A stretch of DNA of 64,000 bases from Candidatus Babeliales bacterium (GCA_963722255.1 CAVRJO010000002.1:288001-352000), one strand, 5' to 3'; shown: positions 20,281-31,689, numbered from the stretch's first letter. A program made the numbers and translations. The notes: generated by a model not told the origin, from the letters alone.

Positions 20281-21593
20281 TTAAATTTTTACTGTTTTAA
20301 GATTTATTCCCAACCACCGATCAAAGATAATGGCAGCAGCGGAACGAACCGATAAATGATTGAAATCAGAAAAGCCTTCAAGAGGTAATAATAAGAAATC
20401 GCATCGTTCGATAACCGATGGAGCAAGGCCACGACCTGTGCCAAAAATCATAAGTACTGGACGATCAAGTTTCCATACTTTAGATTGATCAAAATAAGTT
20501 ATAGAAGGAGCACCTTTTTCATCAGATCGAGCCGAAGTTGCTATAAGTAAAGGTTTTTTACCCTCAATTTTTTCAATCTCATCAATAACATTCTGTAAAG
20601 AATCAACAACCTCTACCTTGCGAACCGCCTCATGTCTATTGGTATTGTATTCAACACCAATGCCCGTTTTCCAAAACTCAAGTAGTTTGTTTGTTATTCT
20701 TTGTTGATCTATCAAAGGCGTTACTATAAAATATCCCTTCAATCCATAGGTACATGCAGAACGTGCAATATCATGAATATCAAGTGAGGTAACGGACGTT
20801 GTGCCAATTTGATCACCCGGCAATACAATTTCATCATGCATTAAAGCACAATAATGGGAAGGCAAGAATGGTTGAGCAATTTTTAATTGCTGATCAGTAA
20901 GTTCATGAGAACGTAGCCAATCAAAATGGTATTTTACCGTCTTTTCAGCAGCTTTTTGCTCACGCCATTGAGCTATCTTCTCATGATTTCCCGAACGAAT
21001 AATCTCAGGTACTTCTCGTTCATTCCATACAACAGGCATGTATATTCAGGATAATCGACAAAAGGGCCGGAGAATGATTCACGTTCAATAGATTCTTGGT
21101 TACCAACAACTCCGGGCAAAAGGCGAACGATACCTTCAAGCAAAACCATAGCAGGTAAATCACCTGCCATGATTACAAAATCACCGAGTGAAATAACAAG
21201 ATCTGCATATTCCTGCTCAACACGCTCATCCATTCCTTCATAACGAGCAGGAAGTAACATAAGATGTTTTGTTTCCTGAGTTTTTTCAACAATTTCTTGA
21301 ACTAGCAAGTTTGATCTAATTTTTGTCCTTGAGGTGAAAAAAAAATTTTGAAAGACGGCCCATAAAGAGCATCCTTTTGCATAATAAACTTTTGTATGAG
21401 ATCAGGCCTTAACAACATTCCAGGACCTGGACCGAATGTTGGAGAATCAATTCTCTCTTTTGGTTGCACATACGAAAAGTATGATGCTATATCAAAATGC
21501 ACAAGCCCATTCTGCTGAGAACGACCGATTAAACTCGTTCTTAAAAAATGCATCATAGAGTTCTGGGAAAACGGTAATAAGAGAAATATTCAC
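20281..21593 (-). CDS. trmD: tRNA (guanine37-N1)-methyltransferase fused to a SPOUT_MTase_2-like domain; three apparent frameshifts
   Basis: GTG start NISLITVFPE; FGPGPGMLL, RYEGMDERV, SLGDFV, RLLPGV, DYPEYT; C-terminal TSLDIHDIAR, FGTG, NHLSVRSAAAIIFDR. Confidence 0.88.
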
Positions 21594-21827
21594 TGTTGCG
21601 TACTATCTAAGTTAATTTCAATATTTTCATGAGGTTCTATGCAATTCACCATAGAACGAATTGCTCGAACAACACGACCTTCTTTACCAATAACTTTTTT
21701 AAGATCATGAGCAGCAACTCTAATGTCCAAAGTCTTTTTATCTCCGTCATGGCGTTCAGTAACAACAACCAATTCAGGTTTATCAACTAACTGTTTGATA
21801 ATGCATTCTACTAAGTTTTTTAAGCAT
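21590..21827 (-). CDS. khpA: KH-domain RNA-binding protein (one extra A near the start)
   Basis: LVDKPE...VIGKEGRVVRAIR; position between rpsP and trmD. Confidence 0.85.
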
Positions 21828-21848
21828 TATATCCTAATGTTAATATCA

Positions 21849-22103
21849 TTACGCAGCAGCAGGCTTTTGCTTAGCATATATTTTTTGCAACTTCACAACT
21901 GATTCTGTAGGTATCGCGCCTTGAGAAATCCAGTGAGTAATACGATCTTGATGAAATTGAATAATTTCTCCTGTTAAAGGATTATAAGTACCCAAATCTT
22001 CAATAAATTGACCATCTCGTTTTCTACGAGAGTCTATTGCCACAATACGATAAAACGGAGCCTTTTTTTTCCCAATGCGGGACATGCGAATTTTAACGGC
22101 CAT
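21849..22103 (-). CDS. rpsP: 30S ribosomal protein S16
   Basis: MAVKIRMSRIGKKKAPFYRIVAIDSR...RDG...LGTYNP. Confidence 0.97.
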   Translation of the reverse strand: MAVKIRMSRIGKKKAPFYRIVAIDSRRKRDGQFIEDLGTYNPLTGEIIQFHQDRITHWISQGAIPTESVVKLQKIYAKQKPAAA

Positions 22104-22150
22104 TCAAAAGTCCTTTCATAAATAATAATCTTGAATAGATAACATTCATT

Positions 22151-23488
22151 TTAATTAAAGCCTGGCAATTTACCTAACTTCTTAAAAAGCTTAACAAATT
22201 GCTGACTTTTTTCAAATCGATCTAAAAATTCATTAATATGTGTTACGGTTACTCCCGCTCCTTTAGCTATTCTTTCTTTCTTGAACCGTTCAGAATAGCA
22301 GGACACAATTTTTCCTTATTGGTCATTGAACTTATGATAGCTCGAAATCTTTTAATCTCTTTTTCGCCTTTTTCAATCATTTCTGGAGTAATTTATTTTG
22401 ACCTACACCTGGCATATAATTAATAATATTGCGATAAAGAGCCTATTTTATTCATCATTTCAATTGCTGAGCAAAATCTAACAAACTTATCTTGCCTTGC
22501 TGAAATGATTTTTCTAAAGCATCTTTATCTGATTGTTTAATCTTTTCTTCCGCTTTTTCAATCAAACTCTGAATATCACCCATACCAAGAATTCTGGACT
22601 AGCCATACGATCAGGTCTACAAAACTCTAAGTCACCAATTTTTTCACCCGCACCAATGAATACTATTGGTTTTTTCATAGTATAGCGAAAAGCAAAAGCG
22701 GCTCCTCCACGAGTATCACTATCAATTTTGGTCAATATAGCACCGCCAAAACTAACCGATTCTTCAAATAATTGTGCTACCCTTAATGACTCTTGACCCG
22801 TCATAGCATCCAAAACCAAATACTTATACTTAGGATTGAGCCTAGAATCTATAGTTTTCAACTCTTGCAATAAAGCTGTATCAATATGCATGCGTCCTGC
22901 TGTATCCAAAAATAAAAGCTCATAACCGTTTTTCTTGTAATAAGCTTGGATATCAAGTGCTGCAGCACAAGGATCTTGTAACGGAGATCGATAGAAATCA
23001 GCACCGATCTGTTTTGCTAAAATTTCAAGCTGATCAAGAGCCGCCGGCCGATAAAAATCGACTGATGCAAGCAAAATTTTTCTGTTTTTCCCACGTTTTT
23101 CAGCTTGTTTTTGAGCAAAATATGCTAACTTTGCAATGGTAGTCGTTTTACCCGACCCTTGCAGTCCCATAAGCATGATAACTGAAGGAATTTGAAAAGT
23201 AAGCGATTCGGTTCCTTGAGATCCACCCAAAAAAGCAACCATTTTATCATGAATAATCTTTATAAGATGTTCACCCGGCTTCAAAGTGGCCGTAAACACC
23301 TTTTGACCTACTACTTCATCTGAAACTTCTTTGAGAAATGTTTCGACCAAGGCATAAGGAACATCCGCCTCTAAAAGCGCATCATGCACCTTTTGTAAGG
23401 TTTCCTTCATATTGCTTTCAGTAAGTTTACTTTGACCTGTTAACCTCGAAAAAAGATTAGAAAACTTATTGGATAAAAAATCAAACAT
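22151..23488 (-). CDS. ffh: Signal recognition particle protein (at least two apparent frameshifts in the 3' part)
   Basis: GLQGSGKTTT, DTAGR, TKIDSDTRGG; M domain (ILGMGD, IISSMT, SRKKRIAKGAG) continues in shifted frames to TAA 22151-22153. Confidence 0.93.
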
Positions 23489-23581
23489 TGTTTACAAATA
23501 CCTATTAAAAAAATTTTTTTCAATTACAATGGTATAAACAGTTTATCAAAAATAGCTAAATGCACAACTAAAGGAATATTC

Positions 23582-23908
23582 ATGAAAAGGATCCCATTAG
23601 CCATTTTTTTATTCATGACAATGCAATCTTTAAGCGCAATGGAAAAGTATATACATCACCAACCTCATGCATGTACACCTTCAAAGCACACAAAAGAAGC
23701 CCAATCGTTCACAGAAGACAACCCCGGATCTTGCTGTTTTTGTGGCTTGGTAACCTGTACCTGCTTTACGGGTGTGGGAACCTGTTTATCATTAACCCAT
23801 TCAGCCCCAATGGTTACCCTAGCAGCATGGACATGCTGTTTTGGCACCTCATTGTATGTTCTTAAAGAAATCGCACTAGCATACTGGGAAGATAAAAAGG
23901 ATCAATAA
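23582..23908 (+). CDS. Small exported Cys-rich membrane protein
   Basis: Signal ...SLSA-MEK; two hydrophobic segments with CC/CxC clusters. Confidence 0.65.
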   Translation: MKRIPLAIFLFMTMQSLSAMEKYIHHQPHACTPSKHTKEAQSFTEDNPGSCCFCGLVTCTCFTGVGTCLSLTHSAPMVTLAAWTCCFGTSLYVLKEIALAYWEDKKDQ

Positions 23909-24085
23909 CTATAAGCATAAAGATACAAAAACAGCCAATCTAGCCAAAATATTCAGCCTGAATTACTTTTAGTCCTATGATATTGACAATTTTACAAAAA
24001 TACCTATTATTAATACTATACTGCTACTATACTCTCCCTATAAATGAGAGCATTTTAGACATTTAATGAACCACTAAATGGAAGA

Positions 24086-25372
24086 ATGGATATGAAATTA
24101 GCACGCTATCTTTTACCCGCTTTTCTTGCTATACCAGCTTTGGGGCTTCTTATAGTGCCTTCAACTATAACGAGTAATTTTCACTATTCATTGGTAAAGT
24201 TCATTACTAAAAAAGTTAAACCTACTCTTTTTATTCCGACCCTTACAAGCATTAATGCTCTTACTATGTATAATTTTTCTACAGAGCTTCAAGAAAACAA
24301 TTCTAAAGCAACAACCATTCAAGAGCTTGCCGTTGCTGTTCATAGCGACTATACAAGCATACAAGATGGTATTTCTCTTTCAATAAACTCATCGCACGAA
24401 CCAACGAAATATTGTTCTATCTATAAAGGTGTGCATATACCCGATAAAAGCCCTTGCATTACGGTTTACTCACGCGGATTTGCCCGAGAATCAAGGCCCT
24501 TAAATCCTACCTCTAATGACTCATACTATAATAAAATATTAAATTCGATCGTGCCTGGCTTTCAGCCCCAAGGATTACCTCAAAAAGGTGGTGGCGCTAT
24601 TTGTGCTTATGCCACTATTCGCGAAAACCTTATTCATTCCCCCTGCATTAGTTTTGACTATCCAGATACACGCCTTTCTGCTAATTATGCTCAAACAGTA
24701 GATCTACAATGCTTGACAACAATATTAAGTAAGATTCCTCAAGATAAAAAAATTGTTCAGATAGGAGCAAGCCGTGGCGCAACCGTCTTACTCAAACATG
24801 AACTTCTTAATAAAACAGAGAGGCATCCTGCAGCATTAGTTCTAGAATCGCCCTTTTTAAGTCTTAAAGATACCGTCATGCGTCTTATAAAAAAGACTCT
24901 TTATAATATTCCAATTCCTTCATTTTTAGTTTTAACTGCATTCAACTGGCTCTACCCGCAATACAATGCTAAAGAAGATAACCTGCAGGAGCTCCTCTTA
25001 AATATCAATAAAGATGTCCCCATTTTTATTGTACATCTCAAAGATGATCCCTATGTATCAAATGAATCTATGTTTTGCTTGGTAAACACACTTGCTCAGG
25101 TAAATAAAGAAATTCATCTTCTTGTTCTTAATGATCCATCAAAAAAAGCTCGACATGGAAAGCTCAATATCATGAAACCTTTTCAGCAAGCAGCAAATGC
25201 CTTTTATAAAAAGTATGAGCTTCCTTGCAATGAAGAATTAGCTACAGAAGGCGCAACACTTCTTGACGATGCTAAAAAAAATGCGGAAGCATCTTCTATT
25301 CAAGAATGGATATTCACTCAATGCTTCGAACATCCTACCAAAGAGCATGAATTTTATTTAAAAGATAAATAA
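24086..25372 (+). CDS. Alpha/beta hydrolase fold protein
   Basis: GASRGA nucleophile elbow, VLESPF, DDPYV, ARHG. Confidence 0.8.
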   Translation: MDMKLARYLLPAFLAIPALGLLIVPSTITSNFHYSLVKFITKKVKPTLFIPTLTSINALTMYNFSTELQENNSKATTIQELAVAVHSDYTSIQDGISLSINSSHEPTKYCSIYKGVHIPDKSPCITVYSRGFARESRPLNPTSNDSYYNKILNSIVPGFQPQGLPQKGGGAICAYATIRENLIHSPCISFDYPDTRLSANYAQTVDLQCLTTILSKIPQDKKIVQIGASRGATVLLKHELLNKTERHPAALVLESPFLSLKDTVMRLIKKTLYNIPIPSFLVLTAFNWLYPQYNAKEDNLQELLLNINKDVPIFIVHLKDDPYVSNESMFCLVNTLAQVNKEIHLLVLNDPSKKARHGKLNIMKPFQQAANAFYKKYELPCNEELATEGATLLDDAKKNAEASSIQEWIFTQCFEHPTKEHEFYLKDK

Positions 25373-25472
25373 CATAATTCTTTTTAGGACAAGCGTGTAC
25401 ATTTTTTTTAACAAATGTACACTAGATTATAATGATTTCACGTAACCTCATACTATTACTTATTGGATTTTT

Positions 25473-26588
25473 ATGACTAGACCCGCACTTAGTTTTGAAG
25501 AATTTCGTCCCAAAATACTTTTGGTTGGCATTCATGCGCCTTATAACCATACTTCCAATATCCAAGCGTATTATGATGAATTTATTAAATTAGTAGAATC
25601 AGATAATTTAAGATACGATGAAACGCTCTTTTTCAAACTTCGTGAAATTGACGCAAGCACGTTTGTCACCAAAGGAAAATTAGAAGAGATCGCTGAACTG
25701 TGCGATAAAGAAAATATCGATGAAATAATTTTTTCAGAACCTTTATCACCACAACAAGAACGGAATTTGCGGGATTATCTTCATCGAAAAGTTTTCGATC
25801 GCAATCAGCTCATTTTAGAAATTTTTGAAAAAAATGCACATTCTGCTGAAGGAAAGATGCAGGTTCAAATCGCTATGCTTCAGCACAAAAAATCTCGCCT
25901 TGCCGGTAAAGGAGTGACGCTCGGACAACAAAAAGGTAAAGGTGCAATTGGCGGAGCCGGTGAAACAGGAAAAGAACGTGAACGGCGGCATATAGAAGAA
26001 GAGATCTTAAAAATTAAACGACATCTGCTCAAATTAGAGCAAACTAAAGAAACACAACGCAAACAGCGCCTAGGTAATAAAATGCCTTTAGTATGCCTCA
26101 TTGGTTATACAAATGCGGGAAAATCTACTATTCTCAATGCCCTTACCAAAAGTGATGTTTTAGCCGAAGATCGTCTATTTGCAACGCTAGACACGACAAC
26201 ACGCCAACTCTTTATTAATAGCAAGAAAAAGGGACTTATTTCAGATACTGTTGGTTTTATACAAATGCTTCCAACCAAACTTGTTGAAGCCTTTAAATCT
26301 ACCCTTTCTGAGCTTAAGTATGCCGATCTTTTATTACACGTTGTTGATCTTTCTGATAAGAGTTGGGAAAACCATATCAGCGTTGTGCAGGAAATTATTG
26401 CTGACTTAGATATTGAAAAACCTATTCTCTATGTCTTTAACAAAACTGATGAAGTTGAAATAACACCAGAACTTGAAACAGCTCTTAAAAATTATACGCC
26501 TCATGTATTAATTTCTGCTATTTCAGAAGATGGATTAGATGAACTTATTACGTTTCTTGATTCCTGGAAAAAAGATACCCAATTTTAG
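25473..26588 (+). CDS. hflX: GTPase HflX
   Basis: GKLEEI, LILEIF, GYTNAGKST, LFATLD, DTVGFI, NKTD. Confidence 0.96.
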   Translation: MTRPALSFEEFRPKILLVGIHAPYNHTSNIQAYYDEFIKLVESDNLRYDETLFFKLREIDASTFVTKGKLEEIAELCDKENIDEIIFSEPLSPQQERNLRDYLHRKVFDRNQLILEIFEKNAHSAEGKMQVQIAMLQHKKSRLAGKGVTLGQQKGKGAIGGAGETGKERERRHIEEEILKIKRHLLKLEQTKETQRKQRLGNKMPLVCLIGYTNAGKSTILNALTKSDVLAEDRLFATLDTTTRQLFINSKKKGLISDTVGFIQMLPTKLVEAFKSTLSELKYADLLLHVVDLSDKSWENHISVVQEIIADLDIEKPILYVFNKTDEVEITPELETALKNYTPHVLISAISEDGLDELITFLDSWKKDTQF

Positions 26589-26734
26589 CATATCAATATT
26601 TTCATATAAGTAACAAATCATAGTTTTTATAGAGTGTGTATATAAAATTTTTTATACACCCTTCACACCATTATAAGAATATATTAAGGTAGGTGTAATT
26701 GTAAAAACTAAATTCTTGTTTTAAGGAGTTTTTT

Positions 26735-27778
26735 ATGAAAAGAGTAATGACATCCCTCATACTGCTTCTATTGAGTGCCGGGTCACAAGATCTTTATGCA
26801 ATGAAACATAATAAGAAAAAACATCGTAAAAAGCCTCAGCACGTCGGCGCTCAAAATAACTCAGAAATAAAAGGTAAAAACGCCCGCAAAAAAACAACTC
26901 TCATAGGTTTTATACAATCAGGTGATATTAAAATTCCTGAAACTTCTATTAGCGAACAACCTGTTGAAGTTCTTGAACCTTTATTCAAGGCATTACATTC
27001 TTCTGTGACTGTTGCTACTCCAAAAAAAGAAGCCCAAACAACCTATGCTCATACTAGAGCAATTCTTGATGAATTATCCAAAAAACGTGGTGACAAAAAA
27101 AAGGCAAAAGAAGGTCTCCAGGGTTTTGCTGATGATTTTAGCGATGATGAAAAAAATATGAAAGCACTGTGGCAATTTGATTCAAAGGAAGATATTGCGG
27201 ATCCAACAAAAATATATTTGGGAATAATGGCGGGTTCTACTTCTCCATGGAAAAATCATGTATACGAATATATGAAAAATAAAAACCAACTGTGTGAAAA
27301 ATATGATACACAGATTGTTGCAAGAGAAAGCACTCTTAAAGATCTTAATGATCAAATAGTTTCGCTTCAAAAAAAAGCACAAGAAGAACATGAACACATT
27401 CAAGCACTCACATTAACCAAAGAACACCATGAAACAAAGCTTAAATCTGCTGAAATCTATTCTGCTGACCTCGTTGATTACCTTACTGGGCAAATAGAAG
27501 AAACAGTCGGGCTTATCGAAAATTACGATAGTGATTTAGATAAATTAGACCTTCAATCATCTCAATTGAGAAAAAACAAAAATACGGATGTAAAAAATTT
27601 TAATGAACAAACTTCTAAAAATAATTTAGAAAAAGGAAATATACTTACAAAGAAAAAAGAAGCTGAAACAATTTTAAAACAATTAAATGTAGCTTTAGAG
27701 CATGTTAACCAAAATCTTCCAAAAGCACGTGATGGCGGTTCTTTTGGACGTCGCTATGTCTGGGGCAAAAGCTTCTAA
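26735..27778 (+). CDS. Exported coiled-coil protein with basic N-terminal cluster
   Basis: AGGAG RBS; signal ...DLYA-MKHNKKKHRKK; heptad-rich C-terminal half. Confidence 0.75.
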   Translation: MKRVMTSLILLLLSAGSQDLYAMKHNKKKHRKKPQHVGAQNNSEIKGKNARKKTTLIGFIQSGDIKIPETSISEQPVEVLEPLFKALHSSVTVATPKKEAQTTYAHTRAILDELSKKRGDKKKAKEGLQGFADDFSDDEKNMKALWQFDSKEDIADPTKIYLGIMAGSTSPWKNHVYEYMKNKNQLCEKYDTQIVARESTLKDLNDQIVSLQKKAQEEHEHIQALTLTKEHHETKLKSAEIYSADLVDYLTGQIEETVGLIENYDSDLDKLDLQSSQLRKNKNTDVKNFNEQTSKNNLEKGNILTKKKEAETILKQLNVALEHVNQNLPKARDGGSFGRRYVWGKSF

Positions 27779-27798
27779 TAACGGTAACTGAAATTTCT

Positions 27799-27829
27799 AA
27801 TTGGGACCGAATATTTTTCGGTCCCAATT
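27799..27829 (+). terminator. Stem-loop, probable terminator
   Basis: AATTGGGACCGA-loop-TCGGTCCCAATT. Confidence 0.65.
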
Positions 27830-27907
27830 GCTTTCATAACAAAAATAATCTATTCTTAAACTCTGTTTACCTACAAAAAAAAACCCAAATAAAAACCGTG
27901 TAACAGA

Positions 27908-30175
27908 ATGCAACAAGAACAACAACGCTTTAAAAAATTCTTCGAAGAAAATCTTAATCAAGAACAACAAAAAGCGGTTATTCAAAAATCAGGTTCTTTA
28001 TTAGTTATTGCTGGAGCGGGTTCCGGAAAAACACGAGTCATTACATCACGTATCATTAATTTAATTGTTAACGAAAAAACGTCTCCACAATCAATTATTG
28101 CATTAACATTCACCAATAAAGCTGCTGCAGAAATGAAAGAGCGTCTGTTGCATTTTTTGGGAACACATGTAGAAAAAACATTTATTGGAACATTCCATTC
28201 TTATTGTTTGTATCTTTTGCGACAAAACGCATCAATGCTGCCCCATTCACAATTTTCAATTTTAGATTCTGATGATCAACAACAGTTGCTGCAGGGCATT
28301 ATCAAACGAAATGGATTGCAAAAAAAAATTACCGCAAAAAATCTTTCATATCAGATTTCTTTGCGAAAAAATAGTTGTTTAGAAGCATCAGCAGCATCTC
28401 ATGATCAACTTTTTGAACAACTTTATCTAGCATATGAACAAGAAAAAAGCTTAAGCAAATCTCTTGATTTTGACGATCTATTGCTTGAAGTGTTACGCTT
28501 ATTTGCAAATAATTCAGTATTTAAAAATCAATTTCAACAACGAGTCCGACATATTCTTGTTGATGAATATCAGGATACAAATGTTGTTCAGCATGAACTT
28601 CTCAAGCATATGGCTTTAAATAATAAAGAATTTTCTGCCGATTCTTTATGCGCTGTTGGAGATGAAGACCAATCGATCTATTCTTGGCGCGGCGCAACAG
28701 TAGCGAATATCATGCATTTTAAAAATGATTTTCCTGCAACAACAACCATAAAAATTGAACAAAACTATCGTTCTGCTGAACCCATTTTACACGTTGCAAA
28801 TCATGTCATTCAAAATAATAAACAAAGAACGCCTAAAGCATTATGGTCAACAAGAAAAGCAACTGACCGCGTACGAATTATTACAGCACTTTCAGGCTAT
28901 AATGAAGCTGAAGCATTAGCACAATCATTGCAAAGTGCCAGTAAAACGAAATTAGTGCATTCTAAAGCTATTTTATATAGAGCTCACTATCAGTCGCGAA
29001 TTATTGAAGAGGCCCTTTTAAGGCACTCAATTCCTTACAAAATTATTGGTGGCATTCAATTCTATGAACGTAAAGAAATTAAAGACATGCTCGCCTATTT
29101 ACGATTAGTTGTAAATCCCTATGATCGTGTCTCATTTTTTCGAATCATTAATACTCCGGCTCGTGGGCTTGGAGAAAAAGCTGAACAAGAGCTACACGAA
29201 TTGTGGCATAAGGAGCCTTTATACAGCTTTCATGATCTTATTAATCATCTTATCAATAAAGAAATTGTTACCGGTAAAAAAGCACAGCAGCTCAAAGATT
29301 TTTTGCGCTTATTTAGAAATATTTCGTATGAAGATAAACCAAGCCACTGCATCAACCATTTTATCTATGAAACAGAATATTACAGCTACTTAAAAGATAC
29401 TTATGAACAACAAGAATCTGAATCGAAGATTGACAATATTAAAGAGCTTTTGCGTGGAGCACAATATTTTGAAGAACGAACCGATACAAGCTTAGCGCTT
29501 TTTCTTTATGACATTGCTCTTATGCAAGAAAAAATAAACGAACAAGAATCAAGCACAGAGCATGTATGCTTAATGACACTTCATGGAGCAAAAGGATTAG
29601 AATTTGATCTCGTATTTCTCGCCGGCTTGGAAGAAGGGCTGTTCCCATCGAACCATTCGATCTACACTGCTGATGGCCTTGAAGAAGAGCGACGTCTTTT
29701 TTATGTAGGTATAACGAGAGCAAAAGAATATCTCATTATCAGTAATGCACGCTGGCGACACACCTATGGCTCTATGTCCGATCAACGTCCTTCACGTTTC
29801 TTAGCAGAAATTCCTGAAAAACTTGCTTCCAAGCATGATCTGAGTCATATGAATTCTGATGAGCTTAGCTCATTTTTCTTACATTGGTTTACCAATAAAG
29901 CGGAATACAAATCGCAAACAGTCACTTTTGGAACAGCACAAAAAACTATCGTAAAAAATAAAACATCTCCACAATTACCTTCTGATAAACAAGAAAAACA
30001 GCAGATTGAAAATAACACTTCCACCTTTAAAAAATATCAATCTGTTCATCATGTTACTTTTGGAATAGGTATTATTGAAAACGTCGAACAAAAGGACGAA
30101 TCAACAACATATATTACTGCAAAGTTCAAAGCTGGGCTCAAAAAAATAAAAGCCGACTTTCTTCAAAAGATATAA
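27908..30175 (+). CDS. pcrA: UvrD/PcrA superfamily 1 DNA helicase
   Basis: AGAGSGKT, TFTNKAA, VDEYQD, VGDEDQSIYSWRGA, QNYRS, HGAKGLEF, EERRLFYVGITRA. Confidence 0.93.
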   Translation: MQQEQQRFKKFFEENLNQEQQKAVIQKSGSLLVIAGAGSGKTRVITSRIINLIVNEKTSPQSIIALTFTNKAAAEMKERLLHFLGTHVEKTFIGTFHSYCLYLLRQNASMLPHSQFSILDSDDQQQLLQGIIKRNGLQKKITAKNLSYQISLRKNSCLEASAASHDQLFEQLYLAYEQEKSLSKSLDFDDLLLEVLRLFANNSVFKNQFQQRVRHILVDEYQDTNVVQHELLKHMALNNKEFSADSLCAVGDEDQSIYSWRGATVANIMHFKNDFPATTTIKIEQNYRSAEPILHVANHVIQNNKQRTPKALWSTRKATDRVRIITALSGYNEAEALAQSLQSASKTKLVHSKAILYRAHYQSRIIEEALLRHSIPYKIIGGIQFYERKEIKDMLAYLRLVVNPYDRVSFFRIINTPARGLGEKAEQELHELWHKEPLYSFHDLINHLINKEIVTGKKAQQLKDFLRLFRNISYEDKPSHCINHFIYETEYYSYLKDTYEQQESESKIDNIKELLRGAQYFEERTDTSLALFLYDIALMQEKINEQESSTEHVCLMTLHGAKGLEFDLVFLAGLEEGLFPSNHSIYTADGLEEERRLFYVGITRAKEYLIISNARWRHTYGSMSDQRPSRFLAEIPEKLASKHDLSHMNSDELSSFFLHWFTNKAEYKSQTVTFGTAQKTIVKNKTSPQLPSDKQEKQQIENNTSTFKKYQSVHHVTFGIGIIENVEQKDESTTYITAKFKAGLKKIKADFLQKI

Positions 30176-30360
30176 TGGAAAAAAACATCAATAACAATGA
30201 TGTCATTCAGAGCGTAGCGTGGAATCCAGTTAATAAAATCTTTTCATTATTAATTATTTTGATTTTCTTTATTGCTGGATCCCACGGACTTCACTACGTG
30301 AAGCTCCTCTGGATGACATTATCACTTTTGAAAAACACCCTGTTTTTAAGTTTTTCTTAG
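30175..30360 (+). CDS. Small hypothetical membrane protein
   Basis: TAATG coupling to the helicase stop; one hydrophobic segment. Confidence 0.45.
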   Translation: MEKNINNNDVIQSVAWNPVNKIFSLLIILIFFIAGSHGLHYVKLLWMTLSLLKNTLFLSFS

Positions 30361-30373
30361 ATCAAATTCACTT

Positions 30374-30871
30374 TTATTTTTTCTTCAAAGGATCTTTAGG
30401 TAAAAATGCTCTCAACATCCAAGCCATCTTTTCATGATTTTCAAGCTTTTCAATTAAAAAATTATTAGTGCCAATATCATCGTATTTAGCAAGCACTTCA
30501 TCAGCATCTTTACGAATTAACTTGATTATTGTTTCATGATCTAAGGCCAACTGTTCAATCATTTGTAATTGATTTTTCCCGCCACCAAATAGTTCATCTT
30601 CAATTTTTGACAACTTTGAATATTCTTTGAGCGAGGCAACAGTTTTAAAACCTAATGCTCGAACACGTTCAGCAACTTCATCAATAATTTCCAAGAGATC
30701 TTCATACTGACTTTCAAAAAATTTGTGCAATGAATAAAAATCAGAACCTTCCACATTCCAATGATAATTCAAAGTTTTGATATATACTGCAAATTGGTGT
30801 GCTAAAATTTTATTGAGAACTGCTGCAATATCACTACGATTTTTCTCCGAAATTCCAATATCTGTTTTCAT
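30374..30871 (-). CDS. dps: Dps DNA-protection protein
   Basis: HWNVEG, LHKFFE, DEVAERVRALG, EKMAWML. Confidence 0.95.
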   Translation of the reverse strand: MKTDIGISEKNRSDIAAVLNKILAHQFAVYIKTLNYHWNVEGSDFYSLHKFFESQYEDLLEIIDEVAERVRALGFKTVASLKEYSKLSKIEDELFGGGKNQLQMIEQLALDHETIIKLIRKDADEVLAKYDDIGTNNFLIEKLENHEKMAWMLRAFLPKDPLKKK

Positions 30872-31074
30872 ACAAAATCCTTTTTTTAAAAAAATTTAAA
30901 ATTTTCCAGCTCTTCTAACTTTAAAATAGATAGATGCAGCAAAAATTTCAATAGTTACACATTTTTGTAATCATAGTGACGAATAATAGTTAATGCTCCA
31001 GTTGACGGTTTTTAATAGTAAGGTAAACTGCATTCATAGTGAATCGAATTGTAAGAATTTTGAAAGGTAAATTA

Positions 31075-31689
31075 ATGAAAAAAACTTTTATATTTTGTTT
31101 ACTCACCTCTTTAACCTTAATCGTTAAAGCTGATGATAAAAAAGTTGGATTATCACAAGCCGCAGATGCCAAAACACAAACTGCTGCTTCAGCAGTTGAA
31201 TCAGTAAAGATTCGTTATGTTGATCCATACAAAATTATTCCTAAATTAGAACAGTGGAATGATGAACGCGTAAAAATTCAAAAAGAACTTGAAAATCGTT
31301 CAGCTCAAATTGAAAACCTTAAAGTGGCTTATTCAACAAAGGCAAATGAGTTACAAACCAAAGGTAATATTTTAAGCGAAGCTGCTAAAGCTACTGCACT
31401 TAAAGAACTAAATCGTCTTGAAACAGATATCAAATTTGAACAACAATCATTCCAAGAAACCGCTGAAAGAAGTTCACAAGAAGCACAAGTTGCTATTTTT
31501 AGAGAAATCGAAGCTGCTGCTAAGGAATATGCACAATCCAATGGAATTGATTTTGTCTTTGCCGGTGGAGCGATTTTTGTCAATGAAAAATATGACATTA
31601 GTGATATAATTGCTGATATTATGAACAAAAAATATGTAGCACAAAAAGCTAAAACTGCACCCAAAGCACCTGAAATAAAACGGCCATAA
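31075..31689 (+). CDS. skp: OmpH/Skp family periplasmic chaperone
   Basis: Signal peptide, KIRYVD, long helical arms, GIDFVF...YDISD. Confidence 0.8.
   Translation: MKKTFIFCLLTSLTLIVKADDKKVGLSQAADAKTQTAASAVESVKIRYVDPYKIIPKLEQWNDERVKIQKELENRSAQIENLKVAYSTKANELQTKGNILSEAAKATALKELNRLETDIKFEQQSFQETAERSSQEAQVAIFREIEAAAKEYAQSNGIDFVFAGGAIFVNEKYDISDIIADIMNKKYVAQKAKTAPKAPEIKRP

Noticed and set aside
20973..23488. True pseudogenisation of ffh, khpA and trmD
   Set aside because: Normally essential genes with intact motifs and tightly clustered small indels point to assembly error
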